Shown: positions 1 through 12,751 of the stretch, piece after piece
Layout: each line of letters opens with the position of its first letter
Position numbering within the stretch: the stretch's first letter is position 1
Origin: Azolla caroliniana
Lineage: Eukaryota > Plantae > Polypodiophyta
NCBI GenBank assembly: GCA_043228905.1
Contig: JBHGNT010000015.1
Location: 15,624,001-15,688,000, forward strand
DNA: 64,000 bases
Reading direction: 5' to 3'
The notes under the pieces: generated by a model
Told to the model about the DNA's origin: nothing
Seen by the model: the letters and a program-made list of their open reading frames with translations, nothing else
Databases searched by the model: none
Position numbers and translations under genes: made by a program

Positions 1-1063
1 ACTAGTCAGCCAACCAATAAATATATGTGTGTATATATATATATATATGAGTTAGGGCAAGAGGATTATCACCTTATGTATGTGAGAGCAGAGTTGAAGT
101 TAGCATGCAAGAGACAGAGAGCTGAGATAGCATGGACTGTGTGAGAGACAGTGTGCTGAGACAGAGTGAAGGAAGTGCTAAGGCAGCTCGATTGAAGAAG
201 ACAGAGTGAAAATAGAGCAACACTAAGAATGTTGAGTGTTTAACAAAAATTGTGTGAGCAAGGTACAGAGAAGAGAGAAAGAAAGAAAGGGCAAACATTG
301 TTTTGTGGAAATTTCCCAAACCCTAGAAGTGGTTTCGGACAACAATCTGTGGTACCATATACCCGAGCAGGCTCTGTTGTCCTATGCACCATTGTTCTAT
401 TGTAAGCTTTGTGTTGAGAGATCAAGCTCAACTTAGTTTAGTTAGTTAGTCAACCATGTAACTTCGTAGTTACCTAGATAGAATCTAGTTAGAAGTGTTG
501 ACTAGGACCTTGTACTTGAGTGGGATATTCTAGATCCTCCACTCCCAAGTACATTTAATATAGGACTTACACCTTTGTACCTACATTCTCCTCACACATG
601 TGCACCCTTGCACATGAGATCTATATATACCTCATTGTGGGTATTTTTGTATTTGATGATGATAATGCTAATTTAATATACTTACTCATCCCCCATCTTG
701 TGTTATTCGTAAGTGTATCTTCCTCTCTCTCTCTCTTCCTCTCACACACATACACACATATCACTTAATCTTCCTCTTATCAACTAATCACATAATTAGG
801 TACTAATTAACCCTTGCTTAATTACTCACCTTATTCTTAACACTTTGTCTCCTCTCTAGTGTTTGATATAATATTTCTTTGAGTCTTTCCCTTAGCAAAC
901 TAGGGAGTCTTGTAATCTTGAGTTGTATACTCTTGACTCATAGTGGAAATTTTATTGCTCCATGATTTTCCCTAGTTTTAGGGTTTCCATGTAAATTGTG
1001 TGTATTTTGATTTCTATTTGTCTCAGAACAATTTTCTGTTTATCTCTAATTGTAAACATATCA
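1..1063 (+). repeat. 5' LTR of the host copia (begins upstream of the window)
   Basis: Colinear with ~13700-14584 (gagttagggcaa...caccttatg, gcaccattgttctattgta, ctcagaacaattttctgtttatctct); ends in CA just before the PBS. Confidence 0.9.
412..842. mobile_element. Solo LTR inserted in the copia 5' LTR
   Basis: Absent from the 3' LTR. Ends tgttgaga...tcttaaca (TG..CA, imperfect inverted termini). Perfect 5-bp TSD ctttg at 407-411 and 843-847. Confidence 0.88.
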
Positions 1064-1066
1064 AAC

Positions 1067-1078
1067 TGGTATTAGAGC
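1067..1078 (+). promoter_or_regulatory. Primer-binding site (tRNA-iMet type) of the host copia
   Basis: tggtattagagc, one mismatch to canonical tggtatcagagc, 3 nt after the LTR end. Confidence 0.85.
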
Positions 1079-1400
1079 ATTAGGTTCTAGATGAAAGGAA
1101 GTGTGAGTGGTTTTCCAGGAAGGATAGTCCTAAAATCTCACAACTATTCTAACGAGAAGATCAAGATGGAGGATCTTCTAATAGTTAGGGATCTATATGA
1201 GCTGATAGATAGGAAGGTTGTGGCAACCATCAGGCAATGGGGGTAATAGAGTCTGAGTGGAAAACCCTAAATAGAAAGGTTGGGGCAACCATTAGACAAT
1301 GTGTAGACGTGAGCTCCTTCAACATGTAGCGAATGATACAAATGCCCACGACTTGTGGCATAAGCTCTCTGGCTTGTATGAAAGGGAAAATGCTCTAAAC

Positions 1401-4139
1401 AATTATTAGAATTATAATTAGAATTTTTATCATCCATAAAGAGACGAATTTTGACCTATGGGACCAGAGTATACATGTGTTCTTGATATGTGTCTCCTTC
1501 CTAAGAAGGTGTATTCATACATTGAAGCACAAAGTTTCTATGTGTGAATAAAGCATACACATATGAGCTCAACCGTCTCGATGGTGTCTTAAGTATGACA
1601 CTTAAGTTATCACTCCCTCTTAGTATGTCAGCATATCTTGAACGAATTGCACTATATGTCGAGCATGTGAAGAGCAAGTGACAGTCATCCTCTACCATGC
1701 CTTCATTGCATACTTTGCATGTCTTCAAATTAGTTTTCTCAACTATAGGAGCCACACCTTCATGCATATATAGCCTTTGTACATAGTCTAACATCTTTTC
1801 ATTTGTAAAGTGGACTTTCACATCTTCTTTCTTACCCTTGAGTTGTCCCCATGCTAATTTTGGTTTGAGCTTAAACAAGTTTTTTTTTCTTTTTCATCTC
1901 TTGCATTTGGAAATGTCTTCTTTTCTTTCTCCTCACTACTTTCTTATATAGGTGCCATGCAACAATATTTTCATTTTCTTCCTCGATGGACTTAAACCAT
2001 TTGAGATACATCTTACATTCATCGTCGAACGAAGAATTACATGGAAAACTACACGTCTTATGCCCACTCACATGCCTCTTAAAGTATTGATACCCAACCT
2101 TAAGGATGATATCCTTCAAATGTTGCCAATTTTCTTTAACATCGTTGTTTAGAGAGAAATTTAACAAATGGTTCTCCACTTCATTTGCATACATCTTAGC
2201 TTTTTCGTAGCAAGGTCAAATGATACATCTTTTTTTATCGTTCACTCCATGGCATCTATTGGTGAAATGTGGAATTGCAAGCTCTAGGTACAATGGTTTG
2301 TGGTTTGAGTTCGGAGATAGAGAACCAACATTAAACACATTCACCAATGATAGATCACATGCCAACATTAATGCGTAATCAACCACTCTTCTTTCACTCG
2401 AGGATGGTAAACATGTAAGTGCATTTGTCAATGGGAATGCCTTTATACCATTTAGGATAATCAAGTTTGTGCAATTTAACATATGTATCAAAAGTTTTCC
2501 ATAATCAGACATGACACAATCCTCTGAGTCATGCAATAGACAATGTTCTACTACATTTTCTTCAAATGTCTCCACGTTTTGGAGATTTCCAACTCTTGCA
2601 TTGAAGTCTCCTATAATTAAAACATTACCAAGATTCTCAAATGAAAGTATATCATGGCATAATTCTGTAAAAGGATCATCACAATCTAACCTAAACCTAC
2701 TATAGTAGTTTGAGTCTTTGTGAGGAATTGCAACTATATACAACTTCTCTTTCCCCGAATTAACCTCTATCCATATGCATTTATTATAGTCATCATATTT
2801 GCATACTTTGATAGAATTATCCAAGATCTCATGGTAGATACATGTTATCCCGGCGCGCCCAATATTCCCTTTGGAGTGAGGCCATATCAATTTTAAGAGG
2901 TACGTATACGTTTTGCCTCATGTTCCCATGTTTCAGCCAAAAATATAATATACATACCTTGAGCTACATCATTGAGTCCTAAACCCTTATTCCATGGATA
3001 TCCTCTACAATTCCAAAACATTACTTTCAATCGTGAAGCACTTATAGTCCCATATGTCGTTGCTTGCTATGCCTTTTGATTTGCTTTCCTAGATGCATAT
3101 GCTTGCCTTCTATGTTCTTACTCTTGTGGTTTTCTATCCTCTGTTACAAAAAAACTTGTCGCTTTAAGTACAACTTACTACTATCTAGAATCATTGCCCT
3201 TTTACGTTCATCAAGGATTGTACAAACAATAGCTTGAGATGACTTTCCCTCTAGTTGTTTTTTTCCAACCCTATGTGCGGCATATACAATAACATCTCGC
3301 ATAGCAAAGTGATCTTCAAATAATTTCGTAATATTCTCTCCAATAGATAATGCATTCTCTGTTTCATTCTCTTGCATACCTCTAATGACAATATTTTTCT
3401 TTCTTCTTTCGATTTCATATAGTTGCTCCTTTGCATCTAACACATCCATGGTATTAGAATGCCTTTGCATGATTTTCGGTGTTTCTTTCAAGAGAGCACC
3501 TTTCCACCTTGTCATGATCACATCTTCCTTCCCTTCAATTGTAGATTTTATTTCGGCATTTGCCTTCACCAAAATCTCTTTTTCTACTTCAAGACTCAAC
3601 ATTTTTCTTTCTATTTCAGGCATTCGATTATCTTGCATTTGAATAGTCATGTTCTTCATTGCATGTAGTTCTTCACGCAAAGCTTTAATCTCTAAATTTT
3701 GCATTTCCATTGTATGTTGAAGAGTTAATTCTCTCTCTTTATAACCATACATTTCACTTTGCATATGCATCACTGTCTCTTGCAATGAGATATACATAGC
3801 TGCCATCTTTTCCATTGACAAAGTATGCATTTGATTGTTTGGGCTTTCAATCACATCATCATTGACTTTTACTCCTCTTGGCATATTTACTATTAATAAT
3901 TTATGAAAGAAGAAGTAGAATGTACCTTTCAATTGATTTAGCGTTTCAAAATCTACCTTGAGTTTGAGGAACCGCGAGCGGGGTAAAGAGGGTTGTGGAC
4001 GAAAATGCTCATAACTTCTCACAGCGATAACAGAATTCAACAAATAAACAATCGTTAGAAATTTCTCGGAAAGAGGTTTCCAACGAGCTATAGAATGATG
4101 GAGGGAGAGAAACCGGCGCACAGAAGAAAGAAAGGAGGA

Positions 4140-4181
<42 letters not shown>
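1401..4181 (-). mobile_element. Non-LTR retrotransposon (LINE, RTEX/L2-like architecture) with the RT domain deleted
   Basis: ORF1 at 3144-~3884 (coiled coil, then RRKKNIVIRGMQE...AAHRVGK). APE endonuclease at 2216-~3030 (IIGDFNARVG, VVDYAL, SNHKPL). FDDECK motif at ~2030. C-terminal Cys/His motif CKVC...EDDCHLLFTCSTY at 1501-1878. No RT motifs in between. Interrupts copia gag. Confidence 0.85.
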
Positions 4182-4184
<3 letters not shown>

Positions 4185-5025
4185 AATGAGGCTAAAGTAC
4201 ACATATGATGATAGCATTTTGGTGCACATCAGTACTTTCATGGGGTTAGTAAACCAGCTAGCATCATCGAAGTTCCCATTAGATGATGTGATGCAGGCCC
4301 TATTACTACTTTGTACCCTACCGAACAGTTGGGAGAACCTAGTTGTGTCACTTAGTGTTTCTTGTCAAGAAGAGAACTTGTCTTTACAAGTAGTAAAGAC
4401 AAGCATTCTGAACGAAGAGACAAGAAGAAAAGATAAGGATGACTTGTCTCAATCGGAAGCGAATGTGGCACAAAACCTTGGTAGAGGAAGTAGTAAGCAT
4501 AGGAGTTGTTGTCTCTATCAACCGACACAATGAATCGAACGTCTTAATCAGTAAGTCATTTGGTCAAGATGATTGTGGTTGGAAATGTGATGTTTGCTGA
4601 CCCTGATAATTACTTACTCAGAACATTACATAGATAGTGATTCACTGAGAACTTAATTAATAAGATTATGACATACAATCTTGATCGACTGATAGTTATA
4701 AATATAATCTGCGTAATAGAGAAAATGAACAAAACTTCTGACACAACAAGTACTCTAACTACCAAAATTATATTAATATAACTAAAAACAAACCAATGTT
4801 GATACAATGCTCTTTTTTATTGGCGACTTGAGAGACTTTCCCAAGATAGTACACTTGCCTGTTCGGCAAGAACCTACAGTTACCTTAACTGTTCTATTTT
4901 CTTAATTACTCTATTTTCTACTTGAAAAAAATACAATATCGACCACTTCTTTTCACACTTAGTCCGACTCCGACTCCGACTACTTTGTCAACCGTTATAC
5001 TTCCGCTAGCCAACCGGCTAACACA

Positions 5026-5042
5026 TGGCACGCCCGTGGGAC
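5026..5042 (+). promoter_or_regulatory. Primer-binding-site-like sequence complementary to the tRNA-Arg(UCU) 3' end
   Basis: tggcacgcccgtgggac, 2 nt after the LTR end ...ggctaaca. Matches the complement of the plant tRNA-Arg 3' end (...GUCCCACCGGGCGUGCCA, recalled) with one nt missing. Confidence 0.75.
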
Positions 5043-5069
5043 ACTGTCTTGCACGGTCGAACCCCACAC

Positions 5070-7850
5070 TTAGTCTTGGTCATCCCTGTCAACATCATCA
5101 GCTTCTTGCTCCTCGTAATTCAGGTCGTCCTCACCAGTTTCTTCCGCATCATCATCTTCGTTTAGTATGTCCAGCAAAGTAGGTTCTTCGCCCTCTTGAT
5201 CTTTAATGTCATCTGGAGCTAGTTGATCTTCTGCGTGTTGTGCTTGCTCCATTCTCAGAATCAACTCTGCCTCTTCCTATTTTGGGTCTTCTTGCTCCAT
5301 TTGTACCCCTTGGTACGACTCATTGATACGTACTGTTTGACCAGACCCCTCCTCAGTTGATTCTTTATCTTTGTTTTCCTCCTATTCACCTTCCTTCTGG
5401 CAGCATTCCCTTTCGTAGGCTTCAAGCTCTAGCGTGAGCGTTATTTGTTGGTCGTCGTATTCCTCCAGCAACTTGTTGATTTCTTTCTTGCGGCACATTG
5501 TGAGCTCATAGATGTCGGCCGCTAGCTCGTCTTGTATCGTGGTTATGCTCGCTTCATCCATTTTAAAGAATCCTTGGCCCTTCTTTTTCCTATTCTCGTG
5601 GTCGGCCCTTAATAGTTGCAATTCCGCCGCCTGGGCCGACCACTACTGCCAGCCTTCCTCCAGGGTCTTTATGATAGTCCTAATGCATCCGTTGCTTGTG
5701 TCGGCTCAAGATGTCCTTTACCTTTTCCTCACCCATGCTAAGGTGGTATTTTAAAGCACTAATTTCGTTTTGTAGCTCTTCTTGTCGAGCTGCCTTGGAG
5801 TCATGCTCGATCATCATTTTTGCTTCGGAGACCATGACGGCATTCCGCACCTGTTCATACTTCTCGGTGAGCTATCGGTACCATTGAGTCATCTCGTCTT
5901 TGTCGGCTTCGAATGCAGTTGTGTGAATCTGATATATCTCCTGTTGTGTGTTAAGGGTTTGCTTGGAGTTCATCGATCATTCCTTCTTTCATGTTAAAAT
6001 GTATTTTGATATGTGTAATTTGACCATTAAGTGGTCAATTTCCTCCTCCTTTGATCGAAACGTATCCTGGAGTTTCATCTGGTTGTTCAAAGTCAATCTT
6101 TCATGCTCTGTAATTTGGTCTCCGCCTCTTCTGTTCTCTTATTGGCTCGTTCGATTATCTCCTCCTTCTCCTATAGTTGATCCCATAACTGCATGTCGGG
6201 TACATGTGGGATCTGTGTTTCACTCTTTTGAAGACGTTCCTCCGTTACCTTTAGCTCTGATTTGACTTATTCTAGTTGGATCGTTAATTCTTCATTAGAT
6301 TTCTTGGTTGTCGACCATTCTGCGTGCATGTGTTCTAATGTTGTTGTGGTACGCTTGCAAACTTCGGCTATCTCCTTTGCTTCCCGAGTTGTTTTAGCCA
6401 ATTCTTGATGAGCTTCGACCAAAGTTGTATTTAGAGCAGGTATTTGAATTGCTATACCTTTATTCCTGACATCTCGTTGTCGGCCGATATGTTGTAGTTC
6501 TTGTTCTTCCTCCGGTTCGAGGACACCCAACATTGAGCGTTGGATCATCTCCTAGTCCTTGTGTTCCTACGCCAATTGATTAGAAGCAAATTGCATGCGC
6601 TTAGCTAACCAGTCTACCAGCTTGTATGATATGCCAAAACATAGTATAGTTGTAATTTCATGAGCCGTTGGTGGTATGTCTGGTATTTCGAGGACTTCAT
6701 TCGGGGATATCTTTGATGCTTTACCTTTCTCCATCGTGCTTCTCAGAACGTAGTCGGCTGGTTCGACAATGGTTGTTCCTTGTTTCCGTTTTTGTTGGTC
6801 GGCCCACTACTTCTTTCCGAATTTTGTTCTTTTTGTCAGCCGACTCATTTCCTGGTTCTGTTGTTCATTGTCAGTTTGTTGTGAAGCTAACCAACTATTC
6901 TCTTTAAGATGCGGTGGTAACGCTTCCATAGTTTCTGCTTGTGGCCTACTACATTCTTGCCGCGTATGAGGAAGTTGTTCTTCATCTCTATTGGGTTGGG
7001 GTTGGGTCCTTGCTTCTTCTTGTGGTCGTTCTGTTTTTTCCTGACTTTCTTGCCACTTCTCATGTGGTTGTGTCAATATTTTCCTTCGTGCCGACTACTG
7101 CGACAATGCCCATGATGAGTGCCCCTTTTCTATTTCCAAGGTCTGACGTCCCTGCGTGGTCACTATCGTTGAGCACAATATAGTTAGCCATTGTGCAAAA
7201 ATCTTTTTCATGGGTTTTCCTCTCCTAACGCCATGTAACTGTTCACAAAACGTGACTATGTACCCCCAGTCGATTGTCTGCCCTTCATATGTTGCAGTAA
7301 TGAATTCGGCCCTTTGCTTGGGCATGCAGTAAGATCTAGGGCTCACACAAACAACTTCCAATAGAAATTTCGCAACATCATGAAAGAAAAGATATTTACC
7401 CCCTTGTGATCGATATGCTTTTGCTAAGGGGGAATACTCACTAAAATACGACTCAAGAACATCCATCTTGACCGCATCCATCTCATTGTAGCCTTCATTC
7501 TTGAGGTTTAAAATTCGGTGTACCTGTTTGTTTGTGATTTTATCGATGTTGATCCGTTTAATGACTTCATTCGCCTGTGAATGAGGTTAGGCGTCTGTTA
7601 TCCGAAGATAACCATCCAACCCATTAGTGTTCAGCCATCTTCTTAGATGTTCAGGAATGTGGATTGACATATCTTCTTCTTGTTCTTCATCGTCTGCTAC
7701 TACATTGTCTGCTTTGCAGGAATTTGAGGACCAAAGTCATCTACGTGCTTGCTTGTTGGTTGTTTCTGTTGTCGGTGTTTTCTTGTTCTTCGTTGTGCTC
7801 TGTTGCGTTGCTTGATGAGTTCTTGTTTCTCTGTCTTGTTCTACATCAGG
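5070..7850 (-). pseudogene. Degenerate extra ORF of the gypsy element downstream of integrase (Athila-like additional ORF position)
   Basis: Chain of same-strand broken ORFs (7095-7481 with TIDWGYIV; 6807-7076; 6267-6548 and 5382-5621 coiled-coil-like; 5070-5264 acidic tail) between the integrase and the LTR. Confidence 0.6.
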
Positions 7851-10134
7851 AAAAGGGAAAGAAAGAGTTTTTTGTAAAAGAGTGGTTCATAACTCGAGAT
7901 GGAACGGTGTCAAAATAGAATCTTCTATTAATGACGTCCTTTAAGAGCCACTCCTCGAAATGATTTCCATCAATCATCATGCACCTCTATAAATAATTTG
8001 AAAATGATAGTGCCAAGAAACACTTATGCCAAGATTTGTTTTTTATTTCCTTTTTCTTTTCTTTTCTTTTCTTTTCTTTTCTTTTAAGAATATTTACAAC
8101 ATAGCCCCTTTTACTTTATTATGGTCTTTCGACCATAATTGGGTTGGTCGGTCAACTACTTGCCTTCAGTAGAAAGGGGTTAGTCGGTGTTGGCCCGTGA
8201 TATGGTTTTAGTCGAAAATCATTTACCCATTTTGGTAGTAGTTCGCTTGCCAATGTACCAAGTTGGTGTGTACCATTATTGTTGTCAACTATCCAATAGG
8301 GTCCTGTCCATCTGAATCGTAATTCCCCTGGGATAGACCCCATTTTAGTTTGAAATACTAACACTAGTTTGTCGATGTTGAAGAGCTTCTCTTTTCCCTG
8401 TTGGTGTCAATCGACAAAGGCTTTTGTTTTCCTCTGTTTATGTTCTAAATGCCACATTGACTGTAGCCAACTTTCTTCTAATGTAAGAAGTTGCACTTTT
8501 CGAATTCTCTCTGACTGTTCTTCATCCAGTCGCTCTGCCACCTGCACTCTTAGACTCGGAATCTGGAATTCAATTAGCATGACCGCCTCTAACTTGAAAG
8601 CCATCCGAAATGGGGCCGATCGAATGATCATAGTTTTGTAAGTCGTCTGATATGCCCATAATGCACTATGTAGTTTTTTATCCCAATATGTGCGATTGTT
8701 TGACAATTTTCTTTAAAATCATCTAAATCGTCTTATTGGTCGATTTTGCTAAGCCATTTTTTGTGGATAATAAGGTGTACTCCTCTTGTGCACTACTGCA
8801 TAATAATTTGTTAATTCATAAATTACTTTATTAATGAAATGATTACCCTGACCGCTTACTAGTTCTATCGGAGAGCCGAATCTGCACCAAATATATTCAT
8901 ATAGAAATTTGGTTGTTGATGCCACCGTATTATCTCCGAGAGGCTTTGTTTCGACCCACTTGGTACAATAGTCGGCGGCGACTATAATATACCAATTTCT
9001 AGTTTTTGCTACTACTGGCTTAAATGGTCCGACAAAGTCTAGAACCCATTTTTGAAATGGTTTAAGTGGCAAGACTGGTTGATGAGGTATTCAATCTTTT
9101 TCATTTGGTTGACCGATCCTTTGACATAAATTACATTGCCAAGAGTAATTTACCGTGTCCTTCATCGTCGTAGGCCACCATAAACCAGTATATCATACCT
9201 TTCGAGCGGTTGTTTCTCCTGCATAATGTCCGCTAGCAATTCCACAATGGGCTTCGCATAAAATGGTTTGTTTTTTGAATTGTCAAACCCCTCGCCGCTA
9301 GATTCCATTTGCTCCCTTATGATACAATGTTTCCTTCGGTAGGCAGAAATTCCAACTTCGAACAACCAAGCGTTTTCTTTCATCTGGCGACATGCCTTTC
9401 GGTGGTAAGCCCATACTTAGAAATGCAATCATCTCTGTGATCCATAAATCTGCGGATTCTTCATCTACTTCTGTCGACCTTTATACTTCAGCTAGCAGAC
9501 TGGCTAACAAGAGTCCACAATATCGAGACAAGTCTCATGCCATGTCAAAGTATAGAGGAAGTCTCACGTGTTTCTATTGTGGGAAACTTGGTCATTTCCA
9601 AAAGAATTGTCGACACCTTAAGAAAGCCAAAGGCATTGTTGATGATGTTGAACCTAGAAAAAATTCTTATGATAAAAAACACCGCAGCCATCGCAACCAG
9701 TGAGGAAGAACTGTTATTCATTTGTGAACAAGCTAGTGTCAATCTTACAAATGATGAGTGCTCTTGGGCAGTTGATTCTGACGCATCGTCTCACCTAAAC
9801 TCGGACAAGAAAATGTTTCTCATCTTATAGAACCGGTGACTATGACTATGTACAGATGGGAAATGATGGATCATGCAAGATCATTGGTATTGGAAGTGTG
9901 TGCTTGCTAACATCAACTGGTTGTAGGTTAATATTGAAGGTGTACAACATGTCCGGATGTCAGACTTAACCTGATATCAACCGGAAGACTTGACGACAAA
10001 GGGTACAATGGTAGTTTTCAGAATGGTATTTGGAAGTTTTACAAGGGAAATCTTATAGTGGCCTGAGCACAAAAACAGGACCTACATTATGTATATGCAT
10101 GCAAAATTGTGTAGAGATGAGGCCCATATGGTAG

Positions 10135-12751
10135 CCGGATCTCTCGAATCTTCGAGGTATGACTGGACTGATCGCATTAGGTGTCGGAGTCAAATGGTTC
10201 AAAGACGAATCATTCGGTTGTGTCGAGTCGTTGCTAAAGGATTCGGCTACCCGTGAAACCGATCTTGTATTATGGGTTGGGCCATCATGAAGGGCTGGCA
10301 CATTTGAGAAGGTTACCCTTCGGACTTCAATAGGCCTTTTGGCCGTCTTGTGCAAAGCCGACTCATTGAACACTACATGCGAACTTTGGACGATCTATCT
10401 CAGCTGGGGGTCCTAGAGTCGGTATCCAATCTCTCCGTCTAGTCCATAGCCAAGGAAAATACATTTCCTAGACCTCGGTTCTAATTTTCGGCGATCGTCT
10501 ATCGGTATGAGGGCGAATGCCTCGCATCCAAAAATCCTCAGCTTATCGTACTTTAGCTTCCTGCTAGTCCATAATTCCTGAGGTACTTGAAGTCCTAAAG
10601 GCTTACTTGACAACATGTTAATTATGTGTAATGTCGTAAGTAGGGCCTCTACCCAAAAAATGGATTAGATCAAGCTTGTTACGGCTCCAGTTTCGTTCGG
10701 TGGGGAATGGAAGCCAGTGTTGCTTCCCGAGTTGTCAAGCTTCACATATTTGGGCCTTTTGGCCACTGAATTTCGGCAATCCGAACACAACTTGTTTCAA
10801 TTGCAAGTCTTGAAGCCTCCGGTAATTGACATGTCTGATCCGCTTGTGCCAAAGATCGATGTCTGATTCAATCTTATGTCCTTTGGCAAACATGGTGGTG
10901 TTGACGTCATTAGTGTTGAGGATGAACATCCTCCCTTCTCTACGCCCTTGCGCAATTATTCGGCCTTCTTCCTCTATGAAGCACCCGAGGTGCGTAAACC
11001 GCACCTGCATCCCCTGGTCGACGATTTGTCCAACCGACACCAAGTTCTTTGTGATAGTTGGAACGTGTAGTACGTTCATCAGCTTCCCCTTTGTCCAACA
11101 TGCCTTAAAGGGACTTCTCCGACATGCACAATCAGGTGAGGGGTGTTGTCTCCGGTTTCGACAATCCTCGGTTGTTCCGGTTTTTCCAAAAAAGAGAACC
11201 ACTCTTCATCGCTCGTCATGTGGTTGGACGCTCCAGAATCAACATACCATACTTCCTCCTATTTGGAAGTAGTCTTCTTCATCAAGTTAGCCTTGTGCTT
11301 CATCACGAAGGCTGGCCCCTTTCCGGTTTTCCCGGTTCCAGATCCCTCTGATCCTTCCGCGTAGTGCGAGCTTTGCCGATTTTCCTGACCGGTTTTGCCA
11401 GATCCGGATTTGTCCAAATCGGCACGCTTCTTCCAGCACTCACTTTACTTGTGGCCCTTTTTGCCACAATACCAGCATTTCGTGTCAACTTTTCCTTGTC
11501 GGCTTCCGGCGCCGCTTTGACTCCCCCTACTTGTGGAGGGTCCAGAACTGTTGTCGGCACCATCTCTGTGGCTTCTATTCTGCTCTTGCGTGCTGACCCA
11601 CCTCGTCCACCACGTCCATGGGGTCGATCTATCTCTGTGTACAGCATCCGGCCATCCCATTGAGTGGTCCTCGACCCACTCGTGTGGTTTTCTTCGATCA
11701 TTAGCATCTATTGCAAGTCAAAGAAAGTTGACGGCTTCTCCTGGGTGCAGATCGCTGTCCAAATTGGCTTGTACCTTTGCGCTAGACCATTGAGGCAGAT
11801 TTGCACCATCTCATCCTCGTCCACCGTCATGTTGATGGACCCGAGTGTGTCACAAATCTCCTTTATCTTGGTGGTGTAGTCCATAACTGACATGTCTCTT
11901 TGTCGGATGTTGTTCAACTCTTCTATGGTACTAGTGACGAAAATCTTCCTCAGATTTCCCCTAGCCTCCTTCAACGTTTTTGCATCCTTTATGTAGTTGA
12001 GCATCTGGTCGTGCACACAGGACGCGAGGCAGTACAATACTCGACTCGTTCCTTGCTCCCAAACTGGGAAGTCATTGTGTGCCGGTTCTATCGCTACCTC
12101 GTTCGTTCCTTCCACGAAGCTCCAATATCCATGCCCCATCAAGTACTTGTGCATTTTATATGACCAAGACGCATAGTTGCTCCAGTCGGCTTCTCTATGG
12201 GAAGTGAACTCGACATACCTCTGTCCATATCTTTCTCTGTTTGTCCTTACCAAGTATTAGGGTTTGTCTTTGAAAGCGTCTATCGGCTGCAGAGTTTCTC
12301 AACCCTCGTGCTCTGATACCATGCGAATGTAAACATGCGGAAGCATTAGACATAACCGGCTCAGCCGGATAGCAACAAAGAATAAGATGAAGGTTTAATG
12401 GAGAATCTTAATACACAGAGAGTATACGTAGGAGAGACAGAGAGAGCAGAACGTAAACGTAGATTCAAAAAATGAAAATACTATGTAAGACTCTATACAT
12501 ACAACGTGCTAAAAAGCACTATTTATACAAGTCCATAAAGGACTGACATGTACTTCAATATTCCTACGTGCGACTGACACTAACTACGAGACAATGATTA
12601 CCTAGTAGTCTAGGCTACTACTAGGCTTCCAGTTCCCGCTCGAATCCGGCTCTCCGATCCGTCTCCTCAATCTGGCCAGTTGTTTCCGGATAGCGATCCG
12701 GCTCAGGCTTATTCAGCCGATCCGGATCCGATTGAGCTTGCTCCCTCAACA
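10135..12751 (-). mobile_element. Second Ty1/copia element, antisense and 3'-truncated
   Basis: LTR 12322-12751; PBS gctctgatacca at 12310-12321 (tggtatcagagc on minus). Gag NYASWSYKM...; zinc knuckle CWYCGKKGH; protease WYVDSGASNHM; GAG-pre DLWHKRIRHVN; integrase tail LRIFGCEA...KCIFLGY. RT and 3' LTR absent. Confidence 0.88.

Larger units (their letters stand above)
4507..9509 (-). mobile_element. Ty3/gypsy non-chromovirus (Athila/Tat-like) element, internally deleted; coding remnants on the minus strand
   Basis: TG..CA ends with TSD ggagt (4502-4506) / agagt (9510-9514) splitting copia gag (...KHRS|PQYRDK). LTR at 4507-5023 whose last ~45 bp recur at 9465-9509. Integrase at 8152-9460 (FQKWVLDFVGPF, DYCTKWVE, GELRFRWTGPY). 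Long degenerate extra ORF at ~5070-7850. Confidence 0.85.

Noticed and set aside
3885-4241. N-terminal extension of the 365-aa ORF
   Set aside because: Runs through the (CT)n tract into antisense copia gag; LINE ORF1 more plausibly starts at MPRGVKV (~3884).
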